DNA of 64,000 nucleotides from Candidatus Bathyarchaeia archaeon (GTDB lineage: Archaea; Thermoproteota; Bathyarchaeia; Bathyarchaeales; Bathycorpusculaceae), in assembly GCA_038870595.1 (NCBI GenBank), contig JAVZJU010000002.1, forward strand, positions 1-64,000, read 5' to 3'. Of this stretch, positions 55,726-64,000 are shown piece by piece. The stretch's first letter is position 1. Each line of letters begins with the position of its first letter. The notes beneath the pieces were generated by a model, which searched no databases, was not told where the DNA came from, and saw only the letters and a program-made list of their open reading frames with translations. Both the position numbers and the translations under genes were made by a program.

Positions 55726-56889
55726 TTATTCCTCCACTTTAGTATATAAGTGGCATGCAACTTCGTGTCCTTTTTCTACTTCAACAAGATTCGGCTTAAC
55801 TTTTCGGCATATTTCCATAGCGTATGCGCATCTCTCATGAAATCTGCATCCAGGAGGCGGGTTGATCAGGCTTGGAACAGTGCCTGGTATAGAGACAAAG
55901 GGGTGGCCTGGTCTCGGTATTGACTGTAGTAAAGCTTGCGCATAGGGGTGTAGGGGTTTCTTGAAGAATGTCATAACATCTGCAACTTCAACAACGTTTC
56001 CAGCATACATGACTGCAACTCTTTCGCATAGCTCTGCAACCACGCCCAAGTCGTGCGTCACATATAATATTGATGAGCCAAATTTGTCTCTAAGTTCCTT
56101 TATAAGATGTAATATTTGCATCTGCACCGTAACATCGAGGTTTGTGGTGGGCTCGTCGGCTATCAATAATGTTGGATTGCATGTTAACGCCATTGCAATT
56201 ACAACTCTTTGGGCCATGCCGCCGCTTAATTCGTGGGGGTACATGTCAACAACCCTTTCAGGGTCGGGGATTCTGAGAATCCTGAGAAGCTCAACTGTTT
56301 CTTTTCTAACAACCTGTTGAATTCTTTTCTTGAATCCTCTTAATAGAGGGATTTTTGAGGCCATTCTAACGGTTAGTGCTTTGGGGTTTCGTAACATTTT
56401 ATTTAGCAACGATAAGTGGCGTTTGTAAAGCCATCTCTTCGTTCCCCTAGCGGTTTTAAGGCTTTCTTCAACGTTGTGTATGGCTTTTTTTGTGATTTCT
56501 TCCATTCGGTGGTGATAGAAAACTTCAGCGATTTGATCGCCTACTGTGTAGACTGGGTTTAATGCTGCTCTTGGTTCCTGGAATATCATTGAGATGTATC
56601 TGCCTCTTATTTTTAGAAGTTCGCTGGTTTTCAGATGCAGCAGGTCAAGCTCCTTTTCCTCTGTATTGAATTTTATACTACCCTTTTCTATGCTTCCGGG
56701 CGATATTACCATCGCTAGCATTGATAGGCTTGTTACGCTTTTTCCACATCCTGTTTCGCCCACTAGTCCTAGGACTTCGCCTTTTTTGATGTAAAGTTTT
56801 ACTCCGTCAAGGGCTTTTACAATTCCGTCGTAGGTGTAGAAGTTTATGTACAGATCCCTTATTTCAGCGATGGTTTCTTTTTCTTCCAA
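55726..56889 (-). CDS. Oligopeptide/dipeptide ABC transporter ATPase (OppD/DppD-like)
   Basis: GETGCGKS Walker A, LSGGMAQR signature, C-terminal [11 protein letters not shown]. Confidence 0.85.
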   Translation of the reverse strand: MEEKETIAEIRDLYINFYTYDGIVKALDGVKLYIKKGEVLGLVGETGCGKSVTSLSMLAMVISPGSIEKGSIKFNTEEKELDLLHLKTSELLKIRGRYISMIFQEPRAALNPVYTVGDQIAEVFYHHRMEEITKKAIHNVEESLKTARGTKRWLYKRHLSLLNKMLRNPKALTVRMASKIPLLRGFKKRIQQVVRKETVELLRILRIPDPERVVDMYPHELSGGMAQRVVIAMALTCNPTLLIADEPTTNLDVTVQMQILHLIKELRDKFGSSILYVTHDLGVVAELCERVAVMYAGNVVEVADVMTFFKKPLHPYAQALLQSIPRPGHPFVSIPGTVPSLINPPPGCRFHERCAYAMEICRKVKPNLVEVEKGHEVACHLYTKVEE

Positions 56890-56894
56890 GGCTT

Positions 56895-57860
56895 TTATCT
56901 CCTCCTATACAATGGATCCAATATGTCCCTGAAGGCGTCGCCTAACAAGTTCCATCCCAAGCAGAACAAGGTTATGAATAGCCCCGGATACATAAAAGTC
57001 CACCAATACTTAAATCCATACGTGGCCCAGTTTATTGACATATTGATTAGCTGTCCCCAGTCGGCATATCTTGGCGGAGCTCCGAGGCCGAGGAAACTTA
57101 GAGCTGCCGCAAAGAGCACTATGGAACCAAAGTCGAGGGAAGCCACAATTATTACCGGGTATATGGCGTTTGGAAGTATATGCCGCGTTATTATTCTAAG
57201 GTCTGATGCTCCTGACGCTTTTGCGGCTTCAATGTAGTCTTCTGTTCTTACTCTTAAAACTTCGCCTCTAATAAGCCTTGTATATGAGGGCCATCCAACA
57301 AGTATGATTGAAAGGATTGCAGCGTCTATTCTTGTCCATTGGCCGGTTCTTGTCAGGGTTACGATTAAAGCCATCGTTAATATGAGCCCGGGAAATGCTA
57401 GGATTATGTCTGTGAAGCGCATTATTATTTCGTCTATTATTCCGCCATAGTATCCCGCAATTGTTCCTAAGGTTATTCCTATTGCGAGGATTGCGGGGAT
57501 TATTAGTAGGCCTAGTCTGAATGCGTAGATTGTTCCCCATATGCAGCCGTAGTACAAGTTTATGTTTAATGGTGTTATTCCGAAGGGGTACTCTGAACTT
57601 GGTGGTTGCGGAAGCTGATATATTTTGTTTTCGCGTAACGGTGGGATTTCAAAGGGATCTCTTAGAGGTGTTCCAAAATCGGGATGAATTGGGGGTGCTA
57701 AAACTGGCGCTAGTATGGCTACGAAAGCAAAGAAAATCACCAGTCCTAACCCTATGAGGGATAACGGAGTTTCGATTATCCTTTTCAGTGTGAATTTTAA
57801 CTCTTTTATTCTGGGTTGCATCCTTCTCTTGAATTCTGAAACCTTTTTTTCTTTGGCCAT
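56895..57860 (-). CDS. ABC transporter permease (OppC/DppC-like)
   Basis: Six TM segments and an EAA-like loop (AAKASGASDLRII). Confidence 0.8.
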   Translation of the reverse strand: MAKEKKVSEFKRRMQPRIKELKFTLKRIIETPLSLIGLGLVIFFAFVAILAPVLAPPIHPDFGTPLRDPFEIPPLRENKIYQLPQPPSSEYPFGITPLNINLYYGCIWGTIYAFRLGLLIIPAILAIGITLGTIAGYYGGIIDEIIMRFTDIILAFPGLILTMALIVTLTRTGQWTRIDAAILSIILVGWPSYTRLIRGEVLRVRTEDYIEAAKASGASDLRIITRHILPNAIYPVIIVASLDFGSIVLFAAALSFLGLGAPPRYADWGQLINMSINWATYGFKYWWTFMYPGLFITLFCLGWNLLGDAFRDILDPLYRRR

Positions 57861-57862
57861 CT

Positions 57863-58903
57863 TTACCCCAACCTTATTCTTGGATCTATATAGGCGTAAA
57901 GAATGTCTACTATCAAGTTGGATATGACGAAAATTATGGCTGAAAAGAAGGCGTATGCTATTACAATAGGTACATCCATAGCTATAGCCGCGTAGGCAGC
58001 CCAGTTTCCTATTCCGCCAAAACGGAAAACAGTTTCTGTTATTGTTAGTCCTGTTAACATGCCGCTTACGAGGAGCCCTGAAATTGTTACGACTGGGATT
58101 AGGGCGTTTCTTCTTGCATGTTTGTAGATTACTTCTTTTCTTGATAGTCCTTTTGCCCTTGCTGCAACAATGTATGTTTTGCTTAATGCTTCGAGCATGC
58201 TTGACCTCGTTACTCTAACCATTGTGGCGGATTGGATGAAGACTAAAACGGTAACCGGTAATATTAGGTGCTTTAACGCGTCTAGGAAGGTTGCAAAGTC
58301 TCCATTTATGAGGGAGTCTATTGTTATTAGTCCTGTATATTCTCGAATTTGCCCGGTGCTGATTCCGAGTAAGTACTTTCCAATGTTTGTTAGCCTTCCA
58401 GTAGTTGTCCATCTTAACTGGGCTACAAATATGCTGATTAGTATGACTCCGAAGAAGAAGGATGGGAGGGAAGTCCCCAATATTGAGGCTACTCTTGAAA
58501 CGTGGTCTGGGAGTTTGTCACGGTTTGCGGCTGAAACTGTGCCAAGCCATATTCCGAAAAACACTATTATTGGAGCGCTATATAGCACTATTTCTAGTGT
58601 TGCCGGAAACCTTTTGGCAAAGCCTTCTAAAACTGGTTCGCCGCCGTATATCTCTGAGTATCCAAAATTTCCCTGAAACATTTGGGTAATCCAGTTGTAG
58701 AATTGGACAAAAACAGATTCGTTTAAACCGTACTGTTTTATGACGATGTCTATTTGGCGGAACTGCTTAGGGTCTGTTATATAAATTGATGCTCTTGCTT
58801 CTGGGGGGATAAGCTGCATCACGGCGAAAATTAGAAGTATGACACCAAATAGTACAGGGATTAAAAGTAACAGTCTACGGATAATGTATTCCCTTAAGCC
58901 CAT
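57863..58903 (-). CDS. ABC transporter permease (OppB/DppB-like)
   Basis: Six TM segments and the EAA-like motif EALSKTYIVAARAKG. Confidence 0.8.
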   Translation of the reverse strand: MGLREYIIRRLLLLIPVLFGVILLIFAVMQLIPPEARASIYITDPKQFRQIDIVIKQYGLNESVFVQFYNWITQMFQGNFGYSEIYGGEPVLEGFAKRFPATLEIVLYSAPIIVFFGIWLGTVSAANRDKLPDHVSRVASILGTSLPSFFFGVILISIFVAQLRWTTTGRLTNIGKYLLGISTGQIREYTGLITIDSLINGDFATFLDALKHLILPVTVLVFIQSATMVRVTRSSMLEALSKTYIVAARAKGLSRKEVIYKHARRNALIPVVTISGLLVSGMLTGLTITETVFRFGGIGNWAAYAAIAMDVPIVIAYAFFSAIIFVISNLIVDILYAYIDPRIRLG

Positions 58904-59045
58904 ACTAATCCCTTTGTTAAAGAAGTTTGAGGAATTTATAACCTTGTCGCATTAAATGTGTGGTTTGGGTTGAGTAAAAGAAGTTCTTACTAATTTTGGT
59001 TCTATTGGCACAAAAAAGGGGGGGAGGTTTACGGTGAATACAGTT

Positions 59046-61673
59046 TTATGGTTGGGTTGTATGTCCGAAGTGTTTGCTGGCTAAGCCTATGTCTCTCATG
59101 TCGATTTTGCGGTCTCCGTAGATGTCTGAGCCTCCGCAGCCATATGTGCCTGGGGCCCATCTAGGATCGTATGGTGGTGTTGCGGCTGGGTCTGGTGCTT
59201 TTGCTCCGAAGTGTTTGGATATGTAGCCTATGTCTCTCATGTTGCATACTCCGTCAGGTATGCCTACTGTGGGGCCTGTTATGTCAGCCCAGCATGCAGG
59301 GCTTGGTTGTGGAACTGTTGGATTTACAGCTTTGTATTGTTTGTAGAAATACGCTGACGGGTATAGGCCGTTGTAGTACCAGCCTTTCAGCCAGTACTTT
59401 TGCCATCTTCTTCCTGTGGTTTGGATTATTGGGAAGCTTGGGCAGTCGGCGATGTAGATGTCGTCTAGGTCTGCGTAGTATGTGGCTCTTTGTGGGCCGT
59501 CTGGTGTTTTAACTGCTATGTCTATTAGTTGGTCTTTGTTTAGGTGTGTTCTTGGGCCGAGTGTTCCGCACCATCCGTTCCAAGCTGTGTAGTTTTGGTA
59601 GTAGCTGAAGTCTCCGTAGCTGTGCATGTATGGGCGGACCCAGTTGTCGGCGTCTGCAAAGTCTGCCAGCCAGCCGATTAAGTATAATGGCATTTCATAG
59701 GCTTCCAGCATTTCTAGGTATGTTGCCCAGTCTGGTCCTTGAACTTCAATTATGAAGCTTTTGCCGTACTGGCTGTTTATGGCGTCGAAGGCTGCTTTTA
59801 TGTATTCGCATGCCAGCCTTCTCGGGTCGTTGCCGCTGTTGTAGTAGATGATCATTTTGAAGCCGCCCCAATCCCAGACGCTCTTTGTTTCGCCGTCTTG
59901 TGTGAACATGGCTTGTTGAAGTTCAGTCTTTATCTTTTCTAGGTCGTAGTTGTAGGTCCATGGTGGGTCTGGCTTCTTTGTATAGTAGTCTGGCACTAGA
60001 CCGTAGATTAGTGGTGTTTCTCTGCATATGCCCTCGTCCATCCAGACGTCGTGTATGTATTTGCCGTGGTCGAATGCGTAGGCGAAGGCCCTCCTAGTGT
60101 GGGTGTTGTTGAAGAAGTCTGTTGGTATGCCGTCTGGGAACCTTCCGCTGTATATGGCTGGCGATTCTGGACTGATGGTGAATGTGAAGAATACTGCGTC
60201 CATGGCTAGTACTGGCGATATGTTCTTTATCGTTATTATTGCAGGGTCTATTGTTATCATTCTAGCCGGGTCGTTGGGGTCTAGGAGCTCCATCATGTTG
60301 GCTCTTGGCACGGCACAGACGTCCAGCTGGCATGCCAAGAAGGCTGTTTTTCTGGTGGTCCAGTCTGCAATGTATTCTATGTCTACGTATTCGAGGTAGC
60401 CTGGCAGGCGGACCAGTTCACCTGTGCTCTGAACCGTGTAGAAGGGTGCTGGCCAGCCTCTCCAGTAGTTGGGGTTCCTCTGGAGCACCACTAGGTTTTG
60501 GGCTGCGCTTGCAACCACAACTCTGTAGGGGCCTGTACCGGCATAGTTTTCAGGCTTTATAGACTGGATTGGTGAGACGTAGCCGAAGGCTATGCAGTGG
60601 CGCCATGACTCAAACCAGTCTGGTATGCCGTTTTCTGCCACTGAGCCTGTATAGCGTCCGTCGTCGCTGAAGAGTTCATCGTCCCAGCATCCCTTGCCCA
60701 TACACCAGTCTTTGTCCAATATTGATGCCCATGTTTGGCTCATGATTTGTTTGAAGGCTGCATCTGGGAAGGTTATTCCCAGGTTGAAGCGTACAATTGG
60801 TGGGTCTGGGTCTGTGCTGACAATTTCAATGGCGCTATCTATCAGGAATGAGAGTTCCAGCGCATCTTCTGGGTTGCCTGTGTCCCAGAAGTCGCTGTTC
60901 ATTTGGTCGAAGAAGGGTTTGTAGAACATCCACATGGGGCTGCCGTACTGGTCTTGGACAAGTCCACGCCTGAAGGAGTATAAAACGTCGCCGATGTCGA
61001 ATTGACCCACAACGTTGCCATCTTTATCATAGAAGAATATCGCAGGGTCTGTTCTTAATCGGAAGTCGTAGTAGAAGCGGTGCGCCACTATCTTTCCAAT
61101 GTTGGCATCGACGCTGATGGTTTGCCATGTGCGGATTTTAGTATTTCCACCCTCTACCCCTCTTACGTAGATGACATCAACTGGGCCGAAAACTCCGTCT
61201 GGGTTGTTGTCAACCCAGCCGACAATTTCAAAGGCTGAGTTGTTCAAATATATACCGGTAGGGTCTGCTGGAATTGGCACAGTATCGCTCATGAACGTAG
61301 CAATTATTTCTTGGCGGTTTGGAACGTTTACGGCTAAGCGTGGTCTGAACTCCCAATACTGCTCTTCAACATCCCATACAATGCCCGGATACAACGGGTT
61401 GACAACATCGCCGCCCATCTCAATCAAAGTATCATAAACATTGAAAAGCAGCTCGCCGCTGGCCGTATCATAAGCCCTCACAGGGTCAGCTCGCCTGGGA
61501 CCCCAAGCAATAGTCCCTTCATATATCGTTGTCGGATCATAATTTTCTGGCTGTGGTGGACCGGTAGCAAATACAGGAGCAAACACTGGAATTAGAAGTG
61601 CAGCTGTAGCAACTAATGCGAACAAACTTGCCTTCTTCATATCTCTCCTTCTCCCATTTTCCAATTTCCGCAA
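59046..61673 (-). CDS. Family-5 ABC substrate-binding protein (Opp/Dpp/Nik type), unusually long, with C-terminal dockerin
   Basis: Signal peptide (MKKASLFALVATAALL), SBP_5-like core (LQRNPNYWRGW), several insertions giving 875 aa, and a C-terminal PDGVCNMRDIGYISKHFG...DIYGDRKIDMRDIGLASKHFG dockerin. First gene of the opp operon. Confidence 0.75.
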   Translation of the reverse strand: MRKLENGRRRDMKKASLFALVATAALLIPVFAPVFATGPPQPENYDPTTIYEGTIAWGPRRADPVRAYDTASGELLFNVYDTLIEMGGDVVNPLYPGIVWDVEEQYWEFRPRLAVNVPNRQEIIATFMSDTVPIPADPTGIYLNNSAFEIVGWVDNNPDGVFGPVDVIYVRGVEGGNTKIRTWQTISVDANIGKIVAHRFYYDFRLRTDPAIFFYDKDGNVVGQFDIGDVLYSFRRGLVQDQYGSPMWMFYKPFFDQMNSDFWDTGNPEDALELSFLIDSAIEIVSTDPDPPIVRFNLGITFPDAAFKQIMSQTWASILDKDWCMGKGCWDDELFSDDGRYTGSVAENGIPDWFESWRHCIAFGYVSPIQSIKPENYAGTGPYRVVVASAAQNLVVLQRNPNYWRGWPAPFYTVQSTGELVRLPGYLEYVDIEYIADWTTRKTAFLACQLDVCAVPRANMMELLDPNDPARMITIDPAIITIKNISPVLAMDAVFFTFTISPESPAIYSGRFPDGIPTDFFNNTHTRRAFAYAFDHGKYIHDVWMDEGICRETPLIYGLVPDYYTKKPDPPWTYNYDLEKIKTELQQAMFTQDGETKSVWDWGGFKMIIYYNSGNDPRRLACEYIKAAFDAINSQYGKSFIIEVQGPDWATYLEMLEAYEMPLYLIGWLADFADADNWVRPYMHSYGDFSYYQNYTAWNGWCGTLGPRTHLNKDQLIDIAVKTPDGPQRATYYADLDDIYIADCPSFPIIQTTGRRWQKYWLKGWYYNGLYPSAYFYKQYKAVNPTVPQPSPACWADITGPTVGIPDGVCNMRDIGYISKHFGAKAPDPAATPPYDPRWAPGTYGCGGSDIYGDRKIDMRDIGLASKHFGHTTQP

Positions 61674-61693
61674 AACAATTATCCTCTGACTGG

Positions 61694-61704
61694 TATATAA
61701 ATTT
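61694..61704 (-). promoter_or_regulatory. TATA box for the SBP/opp operon (leaderless geometry)
   Basis: tatataaattt, centred about 26 nt upstream of the ATG at 61673. Confidence 0.35.
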
Positions 61705-61770
61705 GATGGAAAAAAGTTTCAGTACAACCTTCTATAAGCAAAACCAAACCACCAATCAAAAACAATAGAG

Positions 61771-61780
61771 TTTTATATTA
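61771..61780 (+). promoter_or_regulatory. TATA box for the divergent gene 61797..62069
   Basis: ttttatatta, about 22 nt upstream of the ATG. Confidence 0.3.
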
Positions 61781-61796
61781 CAGAAAATCATAAAAT

Positions 61797-62069
61797 ATGA
61801 GGGGAAGGGGCGCTCAAATGAGCTGGCTAATAGTGGAACTCAAATGCCCCGAACACGGCCTAGAACGTTTCAAAATAAAAGTAATAAAAAAGTACAACAT
61901 AAACCCCCGACAAATAATGCCAAAATTCAGAACCAGACCAAAACACGAACTCAGCGGCATTGTGGTAGGGAGATACGTACATGAAAAAGAAATAAGGGAC
62001 TATGTAATCCGCTACTTCGCCCAAACAGGACTACTAGACAACGTCTTAAGCATAAGACTAAAAGTTTAA
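61797..62069 (+). CDS. Small hypothetical protein
   Basis: ORF with an adjacent TATA element. Confidence 0.35.
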   Translation: MRGRGAQMSWLIVELKCPEHGLERFKIKVIKKYNINPRQIMPKFRTRPKHELSGIVVGRYVHEKEIRDYVIRYFAQTGLLDNVLSIRLKV

Positions 62070-62132
62070 AAATTTATAAACAAAAGTGCACATAATTAAT
62101 TTAGGGAAACTTCTAGGAAGAACGCAAGGAAA

Positions 62133-62630
62133 ATGTACGGTTTAAGAGAGCAACTTAAAGAAAGGATAGCAGATCTTACCATCTGCACAGCCATAGTTAT
62201 ATATGTAATTGGACTATGTAACCTAACAGCATTAGGTTCATTCATTTTTATTGCTTGTAGCTACCTTGGAACCATACTATTATTAATTGGAATGCTAACA
62301 AAAATAGGAATGCTCCCAACAAAATTAAAGTCAAAAAATGGCGCCACAGTTATACTACTAACGATTTCTGCCCTAACGATTACATCCGCCATCCTCATAT
62401 TCTTTATAGACATACAAATAACTTACACCTATTCAAGTCCAAGACCAATGACCACCCCGCCATCAGCAACATATGCAGGCGACTTCTTCGACCTGCCAGG
62501 ACCAGAATTATACAAGCTAGGAGGAACCAATGTAACCCTCCGCAGACCCTACACTTGGCTACTACAACCATTATTAATTATCGGAGGACTACTCTTCATA
62601 GCCGCCATAGCAATCCAATTTATTCTATAA
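62133..62630 (+). CDS. Integral membrane protein (4-5 TM)
   Basis: Hydrophobic segments. Confidence 0.4.
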   Translation: MYGLREQLKERIADLTICTAIVIYVIGLCNLTALGSFIFIACSYLGTILLLIGMLTKIGMLPTKLKSKNGATVILLTISALTITSAILIFFIDIQITYTYSSPRPMTTPPSATYAGDFFDLPGPELYKLGGTNVTLRRPYTWLLQPLLIIGGLLFIAAIAIQFIL

Positions 62631-62632
62631 AA

Positions 62633-63079
62633 CTAAAAACCCACAAAATGCAGAATCTTAAATAAAACACCCAACCCGAAAGATGCAAGACCAGCACGCA
62701 TAAGAAGAACACTCAACCAAAGATACGGACGCTCTGTAGATAAAATCACTTTAAAACCCAAAACAGCCCCTTTAAAAATTTCTGCTACAATTCGATAAGA
62801 TTCAACGGTTAAAAATCCAAAAAGAGTGATCGAAGCCGTTACAAAAACAATAGCTAAGCAAATCAGAATTGTGCCAACACCACTAAACGAACGCAAACCA
62901 CCGGCAAAGAAACCAAGTTGTATAAGTAAACCGAAAGCCGAAAAAACTATCCCGATAAAAAAGCTCGCAGCGAAAAAAAGAGAGCCGAACCCATTATAAA
63001 TGGACAAGCTTACGATGAGAAGTATCACACCTATCAAAAAAACAATCTTTCCAACATTATCCATAAGCCAATCCAGCAT
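62633..63079 (-). CDS. Integral membrane protein (4 TM)
   Basis: Hydrophobic segments. Confidence 0.4.
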   Translation of the reverse strand: MLDWLMDNVGKIVFLIGVILLIVSLSIYNGFGSLFFAASFFIGIVFSAFGLLIQLGFFAGGLRSFSGVGTILICLAIVFVTASITLFGFLTVESYRIVAEIFKGAVLGFKVILSTERPYLWLSVLLMRAGLASFGLGVLFKILHFVGF

Positions 63080-63156
63080 ACACTCAACCAGATAAAAAAA
63101 TACAAGACCATACTTAAATTTTTAACTAACAAAAGCTAAGTCACAGAACGTTTATA

Positions 63157-63594
63157 TTGTCGCAGAATAGAATTAAAATAAAGTTCGGAATAACAATGAA
63201 ACGCTACTGGTCCAATAGAAACATCGATCTGAAAGCTCTAAAAGAAGAGGTAATCGAACTCTTAAAAGAAGATTACTTTGACATAGATACACATGAAATG
63301 GAAGACGCCTATCAAATAATTGCAAAATCCTCCCCAAATTATAACCTAGACGGACATGTAATAATTACGCTGCAAGGGAAACCAGAAGAAGTTTCAATCG
63401 AAATAGAGCTCCAGAGGAAAAGACAAAGAATCTTTACAGCCCCCCTCCTGCTAACTTTCCTAGGAGGTGGATACTGGCTCTCACAACGCCTAAAATCCGA
63501 CGAGGAATGGCTAGAATTTAAAAGAAGGTTCTGGGAACGGATAGACGTAATTATAACAAATTTAGGCAGCTCGGTTAATCAACATACCACATAA
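63157..63594 (+). CDS. Hypothetical protein with one TM segment
   Basis: ORF. Confidence 0.35.
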   Translation: MSQNRIKIKFGITMKRYWSNRNIDLKALKEEVIELLKEDYFDIDTHEMEDAYQIIAKSSPNYNLDGHVIITLQGKPEEVSIEIELQRKRQRIFTAPLLLTFLGGGYWLSQRLKSDEEWLEFKRRFWERIDVIITNLGSSVNQHTT

Positions 63595-63756
63595 AGTTTT
63601 GATTCTCCCAAAAAACCAAAAGCCTACACGCCAACATAAACTTGGCCCTCTTCAAAAAGCCTCATTTAAAATAACTACGTAGCCCAGGCCGCGCCAAAAA
63701 GCGACATTTCAAAACGTAAAAAAGAAAGGTCGGTAATGGAATGGAAATGGAACGCC

Positions 63757-64000
63757 CTACATGCCCTTCTTACCAAAGTTTAGAATTGCTATGCCAACGT
63801 CGCGCATATTAATTATCCCATCAGCGTCAAGGTCGCATTGAGGCTTATACCGCTCATCACCCTCCTTAGCGTTAAAAACACGCACCACTTCGCCGATGTC
63901 TCTCATATTAACTATGCCATCACCGTTAACGTCTGGACTTCTAACATCGCTTCGCATGCAAATGTAGAGGTCACATGTAGCATATGGCGGTCCAAGGTAG
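63757..64000 (-). CDS. Dockerin-containing protein, C-terminal fragment (gene continues beyond the window end)
   Basis: The reading frame stays open to nt 64000. DVNGDGIVNMRDIG...DLDADGIINMRDVG forms two Ca-binding dockerin loops. Confidence 0.65.
   Translation of the reverse strand, partial: YLGPPYATCDLYICMRSDVRSPDVNGDGIVNMRDIGEVVRVFNAKEGDERYKPQCDLDADGIINMRDVGIAILNFGKKGM

Noticed and set aside
57268-57540. Asn/Arg-rich 90-aa ORF antisense to the OppC-like permease
   Set aside because: Compositional artefact within a confident permease gene.
1-64000. CRISPR arrays, rRNA genes, transposase/integrase genes
   Set aside because: No regularly spaced direct repeats, no rRNA-like conserved stretches, and no transposase/integrase-like ORFs were seen. 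The only mobile-element-like hint is the HNH gene.

Overview
This window is archaeal chromosomal DNA. The calls supporting that are unsplit RpoB, the RpoA-L30e-NusA order, an intron-containing tRNA-Leu, and AT-rich TATA-like elements about 25 nt upstream of start codons, which suggests mostly leaderless mRNAs.

The first ~36 kb is housekeeping and metabolism:
- Two tandem DUF35 proteins.
- A PLP Cys/Met-metabolism enzyme.
- A split methylmalonyl-CoA mutase operon (mutase large subunit, B12-binding subunit, MeaB GTPase, corrinoid adenosyltransferase).
- A YdjI-type SPFH protein with three C-terminal zinc ribbons.
- A hinge-less half-length SMC-like ATPase followed by ScpA- and ScpB-like genes, then a convergent HNH nuclease.
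- The RNA polymerase block rpoB, fused rpoA'+A'', rpl30e, nusA. It has no rpoH upstream and none of the usual rps12/rps7/EF-2 downstream.
- tRNA-Leu(CAA) with a 33-nt intron, nadA, and a NikR / ECF-S-like / FmdE / metallo-beta-lactamase group.
- Thioredoxin, Lrp/AsnC regulators and several hypotheticals.

From ~36.4 kb to the window end the content changes to a dense block of large secreted, Thr/Asn/Tyr-rich surface proteins. I read it as an archaeal cohesin-dockerin surface-assembly system:
- A membrane-anchored protein with two tandem cohesin-like modules (41620..43671).
- An adaptor with three cohesin-like modules plus a C-terminal dockerin (45496..47685).
- A secreted two-cohesin protein (50881..52839).
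- Two paralogous membrane-anchored cohesin-like + PKD proteins (43727..45397 and 52962..54506) that share a perfect 126-bp inverted DNA repeat.
- Dockerin-bearing cargo: a PKD + PQQ-like beta-propeller protein (47768..50794), an unusually long family-5 ABC substrate-binding protein with a C-terminal dockerin at the head of a complete opp/dpp-type importer operon (54539..61673), and a further dockerin protein running off the window end.

No glycoside hydrolase or other catalytic domain is visible among the dockerin proteins. The system therefore looks like a cellulosome-style scaffold that displays a nutrient-binding protein rather than enzymes. Two parallel beta-helix proteins (826..1965 and 39553..40833) end in PEF-hydrophobic-basic tails resembling PEF-CTERM archaeosortase sorting signals. 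No CRISPR arrays, rRNAs or obvious transposases were seen.
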